Shown here in pieces: positions 52,977 to 64,000 of a stretch of 64,000 nucleotides of DNA. Within the stretch, counting starts at the first letter, position 1; each line of letters starts with the position of its first letter. The notes below the pieces were generated by a model. That model was not told where the DNA came from. It saw nothing but the letters and a program-made list of their open reading frames with translations, and did no database searches. Both the position numbers and the translations under genes were made by a program. Source of the stretch: the human T2T-CHM13v2.0 reference genome, Homo sapiens; contig CP068257.2 of NCBI GenBank assembly GCA_009914755.4, positions 18,368,001-18,432,000 of the forward strand, read 5' to 3'.

Positions 52977-53274
52977 GGTGAAGTAGCTCATACCTGTAAC
53001 CCCAGTACTTTGGGAGGCCTAGGCAGGAGGATCACTTGAGCCCAGGAGTTTGAGACTAATGTGGGTAGCATAGTGAGAGCTCTTCTTTACAAAAATATTT
53101 AAAAAGTAGCCAGGCATGGTGGTGCATGCCTGTGGTCCCAGCTACTTGGGAGGCTGAGGTGTTTATTGCTTAAGCCTGGGAGCTCAAGGCTGCAGTGAGC
53201 TCTGATGGCACCATTACACTCCAGCCTTGTTTGGCAGAAGAAGACCCTGTCTCAAAAGAAAAGAAAAAAAAAAA
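52977..53274 (+). mobile_element. Alu SINE, older AluJ-like, 5'-truncated
   Basis: 'gtgaagtagctcatacctgtaaccccagtactttgggaggcctaggcaggaggatcacttgagcccaggagtttgagactaatgtgggtagcatagtgagagctc...gtagccaggcatggtggtgcatgcctgtggtcccagctacttgggaggctgaggtg'. The ORFs at 53195..53405 start in its tail. Confidence 0.9.
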
Positions 53275-54112
53275 CTGGAGGAGTGTTACTTTCTATTTCA
53301 AAACTACTAGCAATATTATGTTGTACCAAAATAAGGTCAGACATATCGATGAAGGGAATAGAACTGATAGTCCATAAATCAACCCTTATATTAACAATCA
53401 ATTGATTTTCAACAAGGTTGCCAAGAAAATTCAATTGAGAAAGAATATTCTTTTCAATAAATGATTGGACAACGTAAGCACATGTAAATAAGTTGGAACC
53501 TTTCCTCACACCATATACAAACATTAATTCAAAATGTATTACAGACCAAAATGTTAAGAGATAAAGAACTCAGAAAAATACATTAGTAAATATTCATGGC
53601 TTTGGATTAAGCAAAGCCTTCTTAGATATCACACCAAAAGCACAAATAACAAGAAGAGAAATTTGGACTTTATCAAAATTAAAAACATTTGTTCTTCAAA
53701 GGATATCATCAAGACTGCAACCATAATTCACAGAATTTGAGGAAATGTTTGCATATTATAAACCTGATAAAGGATTTGAATTCTAAACTCTGACAACTCA
53801 ATAGTAAATATGTAAATAAGGCAATCCCAAATGAGCTTATGATTTTTTAAATACTTATATATGCAAATGACCAATAAGCACATGGATAAATGCTCAACAT
53901 CATTGCTATTAGATACATGTGAATCAATCCCACAATGAGATACCACTTCACACCCATATATGGCTATAATTTAAAAGACAGATTAAAAAAGAGACAGATA
54001 AGTGTTAGTAAGGATGTGGAGAAATTGAAATCCTAGTATGATGTTGGTAAAATTGTAAGATGGTGAAGAAAGTTTAAAAAGCAGTTTGGAAGTTCATTAA
54101 AAAGCTAAACCT

Positions 54113-54421
54113 GGCCGGGCTCGTGGCTCACGCCCGTAATCCCAGCACTTTAGGAGGCCGAGGCGGGCAGATCACAAGGTCGGCAGATCAAGACCATCCT
54201 GGCTAACACGGTGAAACCCCGTCTCTACTAATAATACAAAAAATTAGCCGGGCGTGCTGGCGGGTGCCTGTAGTCCCAGCTTTTCGGGAGGCTGAGGCAG
54301 AATGACATGAACCCGGGAGGCGGAGCTTGCAGTGAGCCGAGATCGCACCACTGCACTCCAGCCTGGGCGACAGAGCGAGACTCCGTTTCAAAAAATAAAA
54401 ATAAAAATAAAAAAATAAAAA
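54113..54421 (+). mobile_element. AluY-like SINE, full length, with an A-rich tail (aaaataaaaat)n
   Basis: 'ggccgggctcgtggctcacgcccgtaatcccagcactttaggaggccgaggcgggcagatcacaaggtcggcagatcaagaccatcctggctaacacggtgaaaccccgtctctactaataatacaaaaaattagccgggcgtgctggcgggtgcctgtagtcccagc...'. The minus ORFs at 54203..54428 are Alu antisense. Confidence 0.95.
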
Positions 54422-55520
54422 TATCCAAACTTTAGAGTTACTATATGACCTAGCAATTCCATTCCTAAGTATATGTCAAAGAGAAAATAAAACATGTCCA
54501 TACAAAAATGCACAACAGTGTTCGTAGCAGTATTATTAGTAATAGTTAAAAATAATGGAAACAACTCATATATCCACAACCAAGTAAGTAAATGTGTTAT
54601 GTCCATACAATAAAGTAAGTAAAATGTTATATCTCCATACAATGAAATATTAAGCAATAATAAGTAATAAAGTATTGATACATGCTACAACAAAATGAAT
54701 CTTGCTAAATTAAAGGAGCCAGCAGCCAAAGACCACATGTTATGTGATTAAATTTACATGAAACATGAAGAATAGGAAAATCCATAGAGACACAAAGTAA
54801 ATTTTCAATTGCCTAGGTGGGGAAGGTAGAGGAGAAATTGACGCATAGTTTATGGATGTGGTGTTTTGGGGAGGGTAATGTAAGTATTCTAAACTTGATT
54901 GTGGTCATGGTTTCACAACTCTGCGAATATGATAAAAAGAAAAAACATTGAATTATACACTTTAAATAGTTGAATTGTATACTTTATGAATTACACATCA
55001 GTAAAGCTGTTATATAACAAAAACCATTCAGTAAAACAGTGTCTTTATAATTTATATTATACATATGAAAACAGTAAGACAGGTGCGGTGATAACTTTTA
55101 AAAAGCCAATTGAAGAGTTAGGAGTAGAGTCCATGTTTGTCTAATTCTGTCTTCTTGCTGTGGTCTAGATGTTACTGTATATCTCCAACTGGATGTCCCA
55201 TAGACATCCAATATCATCAAATGTGGAATTAAATCAAATATAATGTTCTTGTCACATAAAGCAGCTGCCTTCTCAATATTTTCTGTTTTCCTTACTTTTT
55301 AAAATGAAACCACCTTGGATATCCCCTAAAGCACATCACTCTCCTTCATTCCTTCTGTTTCACCAAACCCTATCAATTAGACCATCTTGACCATCTGGCT
55401 CTCTTCTCTGAGCCTTTCATGGTCTCATATTTGCCTGAATTACTGTAACTCTTCCTTCTTTTAATCTCAACTTCTCTAATCCATTCTAAAAATAACATCT
55501 TATTTATCTATTGCTGTACA

Positions 55521-56520
55521 GAAAAGAACTTCTGCACAGCAAAAGAAACTATCCACAGAGTCAGCAGACAAACTACAGAATGGTAGAAAATATTTGCAAG
55601 CTATGCAACTGACAAAGGTCTAATATCTAGCATCTATAAGGAGCTTAAACAGATTTACAAGAAAAAAAGCCATTAAAAAGTGGGCAAATGACATAAGCAT
55701 ACACTTTTCAAAAGAAGGCATACATGTGGCCAACAAACATATTAAAAAATATTCAACATCGCTAATAATTAGACTGTAAATCAAAACCACAATGACATAC
55801 CATCTCACACCAGTCAGAACGACTGTTATTATTAAAAAGTCAAAAAATAACAGATGCTGGTAAGGTTGTGGAGGAAAATCAACACTTATCCACAGCTGGT
55901 GGGGGTGTAAGTTAGTTCAGCCATTGTGGAAAGCAGTGTGGCATTTCCTCAAAGAACTTAAAACAGAATTACCATTCGACCCAGCAATCTTATTACTGGG
56001 TATATACCCAAAGTAATATTAATCATTCTACCACAGAGACACATGCATGCATATGTTCATTGCAGCACTATTCACAATAGCAAAGACACAGAATCAACCT
56101 AAATACCTATCAACAGCAGACTGGATAAAGAAAGTGTGGTATACATACACCATGGAATACTATGCATCCATAAAAAAGAATGAGATAATGTCCTTTTTAG
56201 CAAAAAGGATGGAGCTGGAGGCCATTATCTTAAGCAAACTAACATAGGACCAGAAAACTACATACAGCATGTTCTCACTTATAAGTGGAAGCAAAACAAG
56301 AAGAACACATGGATATTAGGAGGCATAAACAGACACTGGGACCTACTTGATAGTGGAGGATGGGAGAAGGGAGAGGATCAGAAAAAATAACTGTTGAGTA
56401 CTGTGCTAATTACCTGGGTGATGAAATTATCTGTACAACAAACCCCTGTGACATGTAATTTACCTATATAAAAAATCTGCACATGTATCCTTGTACATAA
56501 AATAAAAATTAGAAAATAAG
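55521..56520 (+). mobile_element. L1P-lineage (L1PB/old L1PA type) 3' fragment of about 1 kb: ORF2 C-terminus and 3'UTR
   Basis: 'cagaaaagaacttctgcacagcaaaagaaactatccacagagtcagcagacaaactacagaatggtagaaaatatttgcaagctatgcaactgacaaaggtctaatatctagcatctataaggagcttaaacagatttacaagaaaaaaagccattaaaaagtgggc...gtcagaacgactgttattattaaaaagtcaaaaaataacagatgctgg...ccagcaatcttattactgggtatatacccaaag...ctgcacatgtatccttgtacataaaataaaaatt'. The ORF at 56047..56247 is an ORF2 remnant. Confidence 0.85.
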
Positions 56521-59500
56521 AAAACCACTTTAAAACTCAGTTGCTAAAAACAACAACAGTTTGTTATTTCTTATGATTCTATAGAAGAGTTGGGTTCACT
56601 TGGTTGGTTCTTTCCTAGGTTTCTACTGTGGTTCCTCAGATGCTATTTCAGTCTGAGACTAAAGGGTCTAAGGTGTTCACGTCAGGAGACTTGGTGCTGG
56701 CTGATGGCTGAGGCTTTCTCCATGTTGTGAAAGAAAAATAAATCCTGGGACCCCAAAATCACTAAGCCAAGGGGCAAGTCAAGCTGGAAACTATGTCAGG
56801 CAAACCTGCCTCGCATTTTATTCCTAAATAACATAGCTACAAAGATAAGAAGCTTCATATCTTCCTCACAATTTGCCCACAAAGAAATTCCTTGTGGACG
56901 TAGGACAGACAGAACTCAAAGTCATCCCTTTGCTTATGTGAGACTAATGCATATCTGATTGTTTCCTTTGCCTTATTGTTTCACTAAGCCAGGTTAAGGC
57001 ATAAGGGACTATTCCTGTAAGTTACATATTCACTAGAAGGCTAATCAGAAATTCAAAAGAATGCAATCATTTGTCTTTTATCTACCCCTGACCCAGAAAC
57101 CCCCTCCCCTATTCGAGTTGTCCCCCTTTTCTGTACTGAAACAATTACATCTTACATATATTGATTGATGTCTTCTGTCTCCCTAAAATGTATAAAACCA
57201 AGCTGTGCCCTGACTACCTTTGGCTCATGTGGTAGGCCCTCCTGAGGCTTTTCACAGGCGTGTCTTTAACCTTGGCAAAATAAGCTTTCTAAATTGATTG
57301 AGAACTGTCTTCTTGGTTTATAATGTGATTTCTCATACTTTGTAATACTAGCCCAGCCTGCCTCACATGGTAGAGGGAGGAATTTCATAGAGTAGGCACA
57401 GAAGCTTCGAGGCCTTTTAAATTCTAGGGTCTGGAATTCACACAATATAATGTCTGCCCCATTCTGTTCACCAGAGTAAGTCCTAAATGCAACCCAGATT
57501 CAAGACTAAGGGAAATAGACTCCTTCCTTTGATAAAAGAAGCTGCAAGGAATGTTTAGTGCTTAATGAATATAATACATGTGGCAATGCTTAAGCAACCA
57601 AATAAATATGATTAAAAATTGCTTTGTTAATCCCAGTTGATGTTTACCCATGATCTACATGACAGTTACAGAGTATTATATAAATAACATACATTTATAA
57701 CAAAATAACATAAATTCAAGGTAAGAATATGTTTTAGCTAGCTGGCATCAAATATTGCAATTTAATATCTTGAGATGGGGAATGATATTTTTAGTTTCCC
57801 CTTCACTTTGTTTTGTTAAACATTTAAATTACTTGTCTATCCCTGTAGAAAACTGAATTTGTAATCTTTAGATTACAATGAAACCAAAAACTAAATTAAA
57901 AAAAATTATACTCCTAGCATGCTAAGCAATTCCCCATTCATATTCTCATTATATGACTTTTCAGCTAAATATTACTATTCCTCTCAGAAGTTTTACAAGT
58001 CACAAAAACTATTTGATTAATTATAACTTCCAGGCTTTGTGATGATAATGCACACCTCTTAGGAATAAGGAAGATGAATATCCAGTTCATTGGAAACAGA
58101 ACTGGGGAAGAAATAGGGATCTCAGTAGCAAAAATTTGGGCACCAGGTATTCAGAAGACTACCATCAAATGACTTAACCAAATCCTCAGGCATCTTTTCA
58201 GTTTCACATGCCTGAGAGATACTCTGTGGAATTTGCATGGATTCCTAAATCATCCTTAAGCCAAGGGAGTAACAGCAGTTGGGGCTGGCTAATGTCAGTC
58301 TCATCCCAATCACAATTGTCAGAGACACAGATGTCAGATGGACTAGTGGGGACAATGTAAAAGAAGAGAAAGGGAGAAACACTTGAAGTTGCCAGAATTT
58401 AGCGAGCTTTTCAAAAACACTACATCTCTGACTCTACCTTTGCTGTTCCTTCTGCCCAGAATTAACTATATAAATGCGTGGAACAGAAGGCTCTGAAGAT
58501 TCACTTCAACCTGACTTAATTTCAACAGAACACAATATTTTTCATATAGGAATATTTTAACAATACTCTGGAGGAACTGATTACATACTTATGTAGAATA
58601 GAATAGGAAAAATGGTAATATGATGAAAAGACTAGAATTTGCATTCCTATATTAGCACTTATTAGCCATGCATTTTTATTTTTAAAACAAATTACTTGCT
58701 ACCAGAATAAATAAAGCACCATCTTCCACAGTGATAAAACTTCAGAACCTTACAGGCTATATGGAGGATTTATCTGAGAACCCATATTTTTTTTCCTAGT
58801 ATGGAAATGGGAATTCAACTTCAACTCAAATGCATTCTGCTTGTCTCCAGGAAGCCTTGCCCTACACACTCTCAGCATCCTACCTACCAGGACAAACATT
58901 TTCTTGTAAAACCACCTGCCCAAAAACTTCACTTCATATTTCTGTTTCTACCTGTACAACTTCAGGCAGGGGTCTTTTAGGCATATTGGCCTCTTCCTCC
59001 AAAGGACTGCTCCTTTCATTTCCCTCTAACATTGCTTAGTTACTCTTCCTCCATATCTCAGCTCAACCATCTCCAAAGCAAAATCCTTTGATCTTCTTAA
59101 TTATATCAACTCTACTTACTGTGTCCTTTACAATCATTAATGCCCCACCGAAAAGTTGTTTTCTGATACAAATTACTATTTTTTTCACTCAGGTCATCTG
59201 TATATGCTGGAACACTCTTCCATCTATATCATTCTTATCTTTTATTTTGGGACTAAATGGTATCTTCCCAGTTATTGCCTCTGAGAACCTCTTACTTGTC
59301 TTTGTTAGTAACATAAAATAATAATAGATCATTATTTTATTTTTTATTTAATAATATTAACCACACTAGTATATAATCTGCACACAGACAGGCTCTGTCT
59401 TATTGGTTACTGTATACCCAGTTCAATGACAGCTGCACAATAGATTAGCAAATGAATGATTTAGTGAATGTATCAGCTGACATGCTATGGCAAGGGTTGT

Positions 59501-60860
59501 CTCTTTCTTTAGCTTATACTGAGCCCATCACCTCTCAGAGTTTTTTGTTTTTTTTTTTTTCCTAGTGCATAACACAGTACATCATCCTAGATATCCTGTG
59601 AACAATTTAGTATTTGCACATGAACCTTGCTTCTCTTGCATGGTTTCATATCTCTTTATTCATCCAATTTATCTGCCTTATTCATAGAAATTTTCATTTC
59701 CTTGAACATGTTTCATCACCTGTGGAATAAAATCATTATGAGGCTTTGATTACATTAGACCTATACGAAATGTTGTCAAATGTAAGGCATTCTGCAGATG
59801 ATTTGTACTAATAGTACCTATAGACAGTGAAAATGACCGTAACCAAAATCTTGAAAATTTTTATCACTGGACAGTATAATTTAAGAACCTTAACGAATGC
59901 TAAAATACTAGAGTTAAATGCATTGCCTAGCAGTAGTTTTCCCAAAAATTTAAATTCAAAATTTATTTTTCTGTTTTACCATGTATGTGGTCAGCCCACA
60001 TTTATCTTGCAGTCTGGGATACATAAATGATATAAATAGACCAATAGACAAAATGAGAAACAATATATTGCTTAATCACAGTTCTTTAAGTCTGACATAA
60101 TGAGTTATAATTACTTTTAAATAAATGTCATTGCTAACTGGAAGAAGTCTTTTTTTATATTCAGAATTAAGTTTCGGTATTTCACTGAAGAATAAACAAG
60201 TCTTTTATAATAGACCTGTTTTCTTTTGTCTCAATATCATAACAACACTGCAAATCAAGCAGAGTTGTTATGATGAGCACAATAAAGTTTTTTTATTAGA
60301 CATAGCAAAATTCTCACAAAACAAAATGTAAGAAAAATAAAACTGTATATCTTAAGTTAAATTGTCCTATACATGTTACGGTAAAATATTTCTCTATTAT
60401 CATGCCAATTACTTGTCTACAAAAATGAACATTCATTGCTGTCCTAATCAATAGACTGAAGTAACAGAATTTATTGATTAAATATACATTTAATTTATTG
60501 TACTGTTTTTATAGTATATTTATGTAAAGCATTACTTAATAGATTCCATTCTAAAAATTTACTAATTTTACCAGTAACACAAGTTATTAGTAAATAAAAA
60601 TTAAGCCATATGCAATTTTTCTACTGCTCATAGGTCTTAGTTACCAACTTTTATATTGGTTATTGATTTTGAATTATAACAATTACACTTATAAAACAAG
60701 TTAGCTAGTTATAAGAAAAAATGGCATTATGAAATCATAAAGGAATCCTCAGAAATTTTTACCTATAATATAAAGCTCAAATTTCAGACCCTGTGTGACT
60801 AGGAAACAATAGCAAGAAGAGACATATTGAAAGGCAATCTCTTGGCACTAGAACTTTACG

Positions 60861-61322
60861 TTCATTGCAGCACTATTCACAATAGCAAAGACAACCCAAA
60901 TGCCCATCAATGATAGACTAGATAAAGAAATTGTGGTACATATACACCATGGAATACTATGCAGCCATAAAAAGGATTGAGGTCATGTCCTTTGCAGGGA
61001 CATGGATGAAGCTGGAAGCCATTATCTTCAGCAAACTAGTGCAGGAACAGAAAACCAAACACTGCATGTTCTTACTTATAAGTGGAAGCTGAACAATGAG
61101 AACACATGGATACAGGGAGGGGAACAACACACACTGGGTCTGTTGGGGGCTGGGGTGCGGAGAGGGAGAGCATTAGGAAAAAATAACTAATGCATGCTGG
61201 GGTTAATACTTAGGTGATGGGTTGATAGGTGCAGCAAATCACCATGGCACACATTTACCTATCTAACAAACCTGTGCATCTTGCACATGTACCCCGGAAC
61301 TTAAAAAATAATAAAAAATAAA
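60861..61322 (+). mobile_element. L1PA-type 3'-end fragment of about 460 bp
   Basis: 'ttcattgcagcactattcacaatagcaaagacaacccaaatgcccatcaatgatagactagataaagaaattgtggtacatatacaccatggaatactatgcagccataaaaaggattgaggtcatgtcctttgcagggacatggatgaagctggaagccattatcttcagcaaactagtgcaggaacagaaaaccaaacactgcatgttcttacttataagtggaagctgaacaatgagaacacatggatacagggaggggaacaacacacactggg...aacctgtgcatcttgcacatgtaccccggaacttaaaaaataataaaaaat'. The ORF at 61002..61190 is an ORF2 C-terminal remnant. Confidence 0.85.
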
Positions 61323-62689
61323 GAATGCAAATAACATATTTAAAAATGAATAAAATAAATTTTGCAATACCTCATTCAGTAAAGCTTTACATTGAAGAGT
61401 GAATCTTTACATATTAGTTTTAGTGCAATATTAAGAAAAATAAAATATATAAATATTGGATAACATAATCAAAAGCTATGCAAATAGCAGAAGAGTGAAA
61501 TTGATTCATACAAGTAAAAGGTGTGTGTCTACTGGAAATCTTGTTTGTAACTAAGTACAGATTTTGATCAGTGAATAGTTTTAAATTGATTTCAAACTCA
61601 TTAAAATTTTTTATGTCTTCTGGGAGAGGAAAAAAGAAAACAGAGATAAATATATAAATCAAAATTATTTTGTGACATATATGTTTTTTCATATTTCAGC
61701 ATTTTAGTGGAGTATTAGTGTAATTTTGCAACCTTAGTTGAGTAGCTAGTTGGTCCTGCTAAACTAATTGTCGTGAAAGTTTTATAAATACTCTTCGGAG
61801 TCATTGTCCTCTGATAAGTTAGCTGAGTGTACATATTGGACTACAAGAGGATTAGAATCAGACATGGAAATATTTATGATGAAAGGGCAGATGTTTTACT
61901 TCACAGACGTGCTTCCCAGAGGGAAAGGTGCATTGTGAGTATTCCTCACAGATTGTCAAAAAACAAAAATGACTTGGAGAAAAGGGGAGTGTTCCTAATA
62001 TGATTGGCTTTTGAGAGTTTTTTCAAATGCAAAAAAGAAAAAAAAAGAATTAAATGGGAGCCAAGAAGGTTAAGGGAAGTAGGTAAATTTGAAAATGGTG
62101 ACTATAATGCTACTGATTATGGCTACTTTCCTTCAGTTTCAAGTTTCTTGTTTAGATATCTATGGGTCAGTGCCCTAACATTTTCATTTTATTATTTTGA
62201 AGATAATAAAATGAAAATTAGTGAAACTTAAATTGACTTGTTTAAGCTAGGCATTCAGTTACTACATAGGCTTTTATTTCTACCATTCTGAAGTACATAA
62301 TTATACCAATCCCTTAACAGAAAATAACAAAACAATTGTTGAAAAGGATTGGAGAATAACTAAGTCAGTCAGGATGGAGTGGACAAAAAATCCCATAGAC
62401 AAGGAAAACATGAGAAAGTAAGCCTCAGATTTGCCACTGCTTTTTCTCTTGCGTTATTTGCTAGTTCACAGAGCAGGGAATAAAGGCTTAAGGTAAACCT
62501 GGGGCCACTGACTTGCAGAGGTCTTGCTGAGATGTAAGATCAGGGTAGATAATTTAGAATTTGTGTTGCCTAGAAGTTGAACACTCCAAGTTCAAATTAA
62601 GTAAGCCAAAAATTCTGTGTGCAGTATTCCCTCCAGGCATTTGTCAAATCTTAAACTGTCTATTCTCAGGCTGAAATGCCCAAACCCAA

Positions 62690-62715
62690 AGCAAATAACA
62701 AACAAACAAACAAAA
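62690..62715. repeat. Short (CAAA)n simple repeat
   Basis: 'aaataacaaacaaacaaacaaaaag'. Confidence 0.7.
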
Positions 62716-64000
62716 AGAACAAGTGAGTGGATAACAAACTCACAACTATAATTTTCGTAATCTCTCTGTTAGAGAGAGACACAAGTTTGTTTAGAACTCA
62801 AAAGCTAGAAGAGACCATTTAAAAATTTCAGACTCTAGTTTTGACCCAAGAAGAGCTAACCTTGATGGGATGTTGGTTAGCTACCACATTTGGTCATAGA
62901 ACAATCTGAAGCAAGCTGGCTCAATTATATTATCTACGAAAATAATTACAAAATACGCATGTGCATACTCATCTACATAATATAATGGTACTGTCTTAAA
63001 AGAAATAATAGGAAAAGTGAAAAGTTGTGTAGTCACATTATTATCTTCTGCCTCAGCTATAATTCAGTTGTTTTTAGGTCAAATAATGCAAAATAACTTA
63101 AAGGTAGCAACATTCAGAGAAAAGCTGTTGTGCTTTTTTGCTTAAAAATTAAATATCGCTATTTTAAAGTACAATTCAATTAGTTTATAAATATTGCAGT
63201 ATACTATTACAAATTCAACCTTTATATTAAATCATAATGAAATTGAGATATAATTATGTTGACATAAACAAAATAAAAATCATACTAAATATCTAATGCT
63301 GCCATCAATACTATGTTCATAAATGCCAAGACAAATAAGAATGACTCTTCAAAGTAATAAATTACATAGAAAATGTAGAAAAATTAGCTGAGACTATGAT
63401 GTAATATTTATTATTAAAATTTATGATCAATTACTGATTATTTTTAAGAATGTGGAAATAGAAGTTCATCCAAAGAAATACTCCACCAACAATACCAATA
63501 GTCATTTAGCCAATAGCTAAGGATTCTCTTATAACAAATAATTTACAGGGACTCTTTACATTTGCAAAACTGACAATAGCTATCTTCTGTTAGTTTTTAT
63601 ATTAAAGTTTGAAGTTGCTTAATGAAATTGCTATAACATAAATGCCAAACATAATACACAGAAGTGTGAAAATCATTGATGTATTTGTAATATAAACAAA
63701 TAAAATAATTCATGTAATCATAATTAAGTCACATTTTACCTAACCATAAACTATATAAGGAATAGCAAGCAAGAGTAAGTCCAGTAGGAAGAATTCAAAA
63801 AGTTGTTCATAGACTTCTGTTCTAAGCAAATTGCATGGAATTAGCATTTATAACTGTGAAAGAAATAAGAGTGAACAATTCTGTTTTTAACTTTATTTTT
63901 TAAATAATCATTCACTGAATATGCAAGATATAATAATATACTACATGCTATCTAAAGTGTAGACCCACCGAGTAGAGTTTATCTGAAAACTGCTTGTTGA

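Larger units (their letters stand above)
49250..55025 (+). mobile_element. Long ancient L1 (L1M-type) element spanning the ORF2 start to the 3' end, interrupted by an ERV LTR (49809-50745) and two Alus
   Basis: ORF2 start region 'ctatatgctgtctacaggatacataatttagccacaagataaaaatagcttgaaagcagagacatacaaaaatctatatcatgcaaacagcaaacataaggaacttaaaatggatatactaacatcaaacaaaag'. Mid ORF2 'cagtgcatagagggaaatttatagctgtaaatgcctctgtaaaaaaagagaaagatctcaaatt' and 'ctcatcaaagtgatctacagattcaattcaatctctatcacaattctgacagctttgtgaag'. C-terminus 'atcccacaatgagataccacttcacacccatatatggctataatttaaaagacagat...gataagtgttagtaaggatgtggagaaattgaaatcc'. 3' end 'ggtcatggtttcacaactctgcgaatatgataaaaagaaaaaacattgaattatacactttaaatagttgaattgtatactttatgaattacacatcagtaaagctgttat'. 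Confidence 0.7.

Overview
This window is primate (human-type) nuclear genomic DNA, not a prokaryotic locus. It is AT-rich, gene-poor and made up largely of interspersed repeats. I recognise about 17 Alu SINEs, several of them young AluY-like copies with intact poly-A tails and target-site duplications. There are multiple LINE-1 pieces of different ages: a long L1M in + orientation at about 49.2-55.0 kb, an L1P carrying 5'UTR, ORF1 and the start of ORF2 at about 37.4-40.8 kb, and several L1PA/L1PB 3'-end fragments, two of which show twin-priming inversions. Two THE1-class MaLR retroelements are present; one is full length with both LTRs, the other hosts a nested LTR12-like solo LTR. There are also two MLT1 LTRs, one MST/THE1-like LTR, an unresolved ERV LTR family present in three copies, and several microsatellites (AC/GC, AAAG, TATC/GATA, ATT, TTTG). 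I find no sequence support for any protein-coding gene, tRNA or rRNA, CRISPR array or operon-like system. Every ORF in the six-frame track that I examined falls inside Alu, L1, THE1-internal, microsatellite or GC-rich repeat sequence. The points worth a second look are structural. They are the nested insertion chronology, a near-identical 285-bp duplicate that ends exactly at a nested-insert junction, a GC-rich CpG-depleted block embedded in an LTR, local tandem and scrambled duplications, closely spaced inverted Alu pairs, and long STRs that are likely polymorphic. Family names and coordinates come from reading the sequence against remembered consensus sequences. Coordinates are approximate to about 5 bp, and subfamily assignments are uncertain without RepeatMasker.
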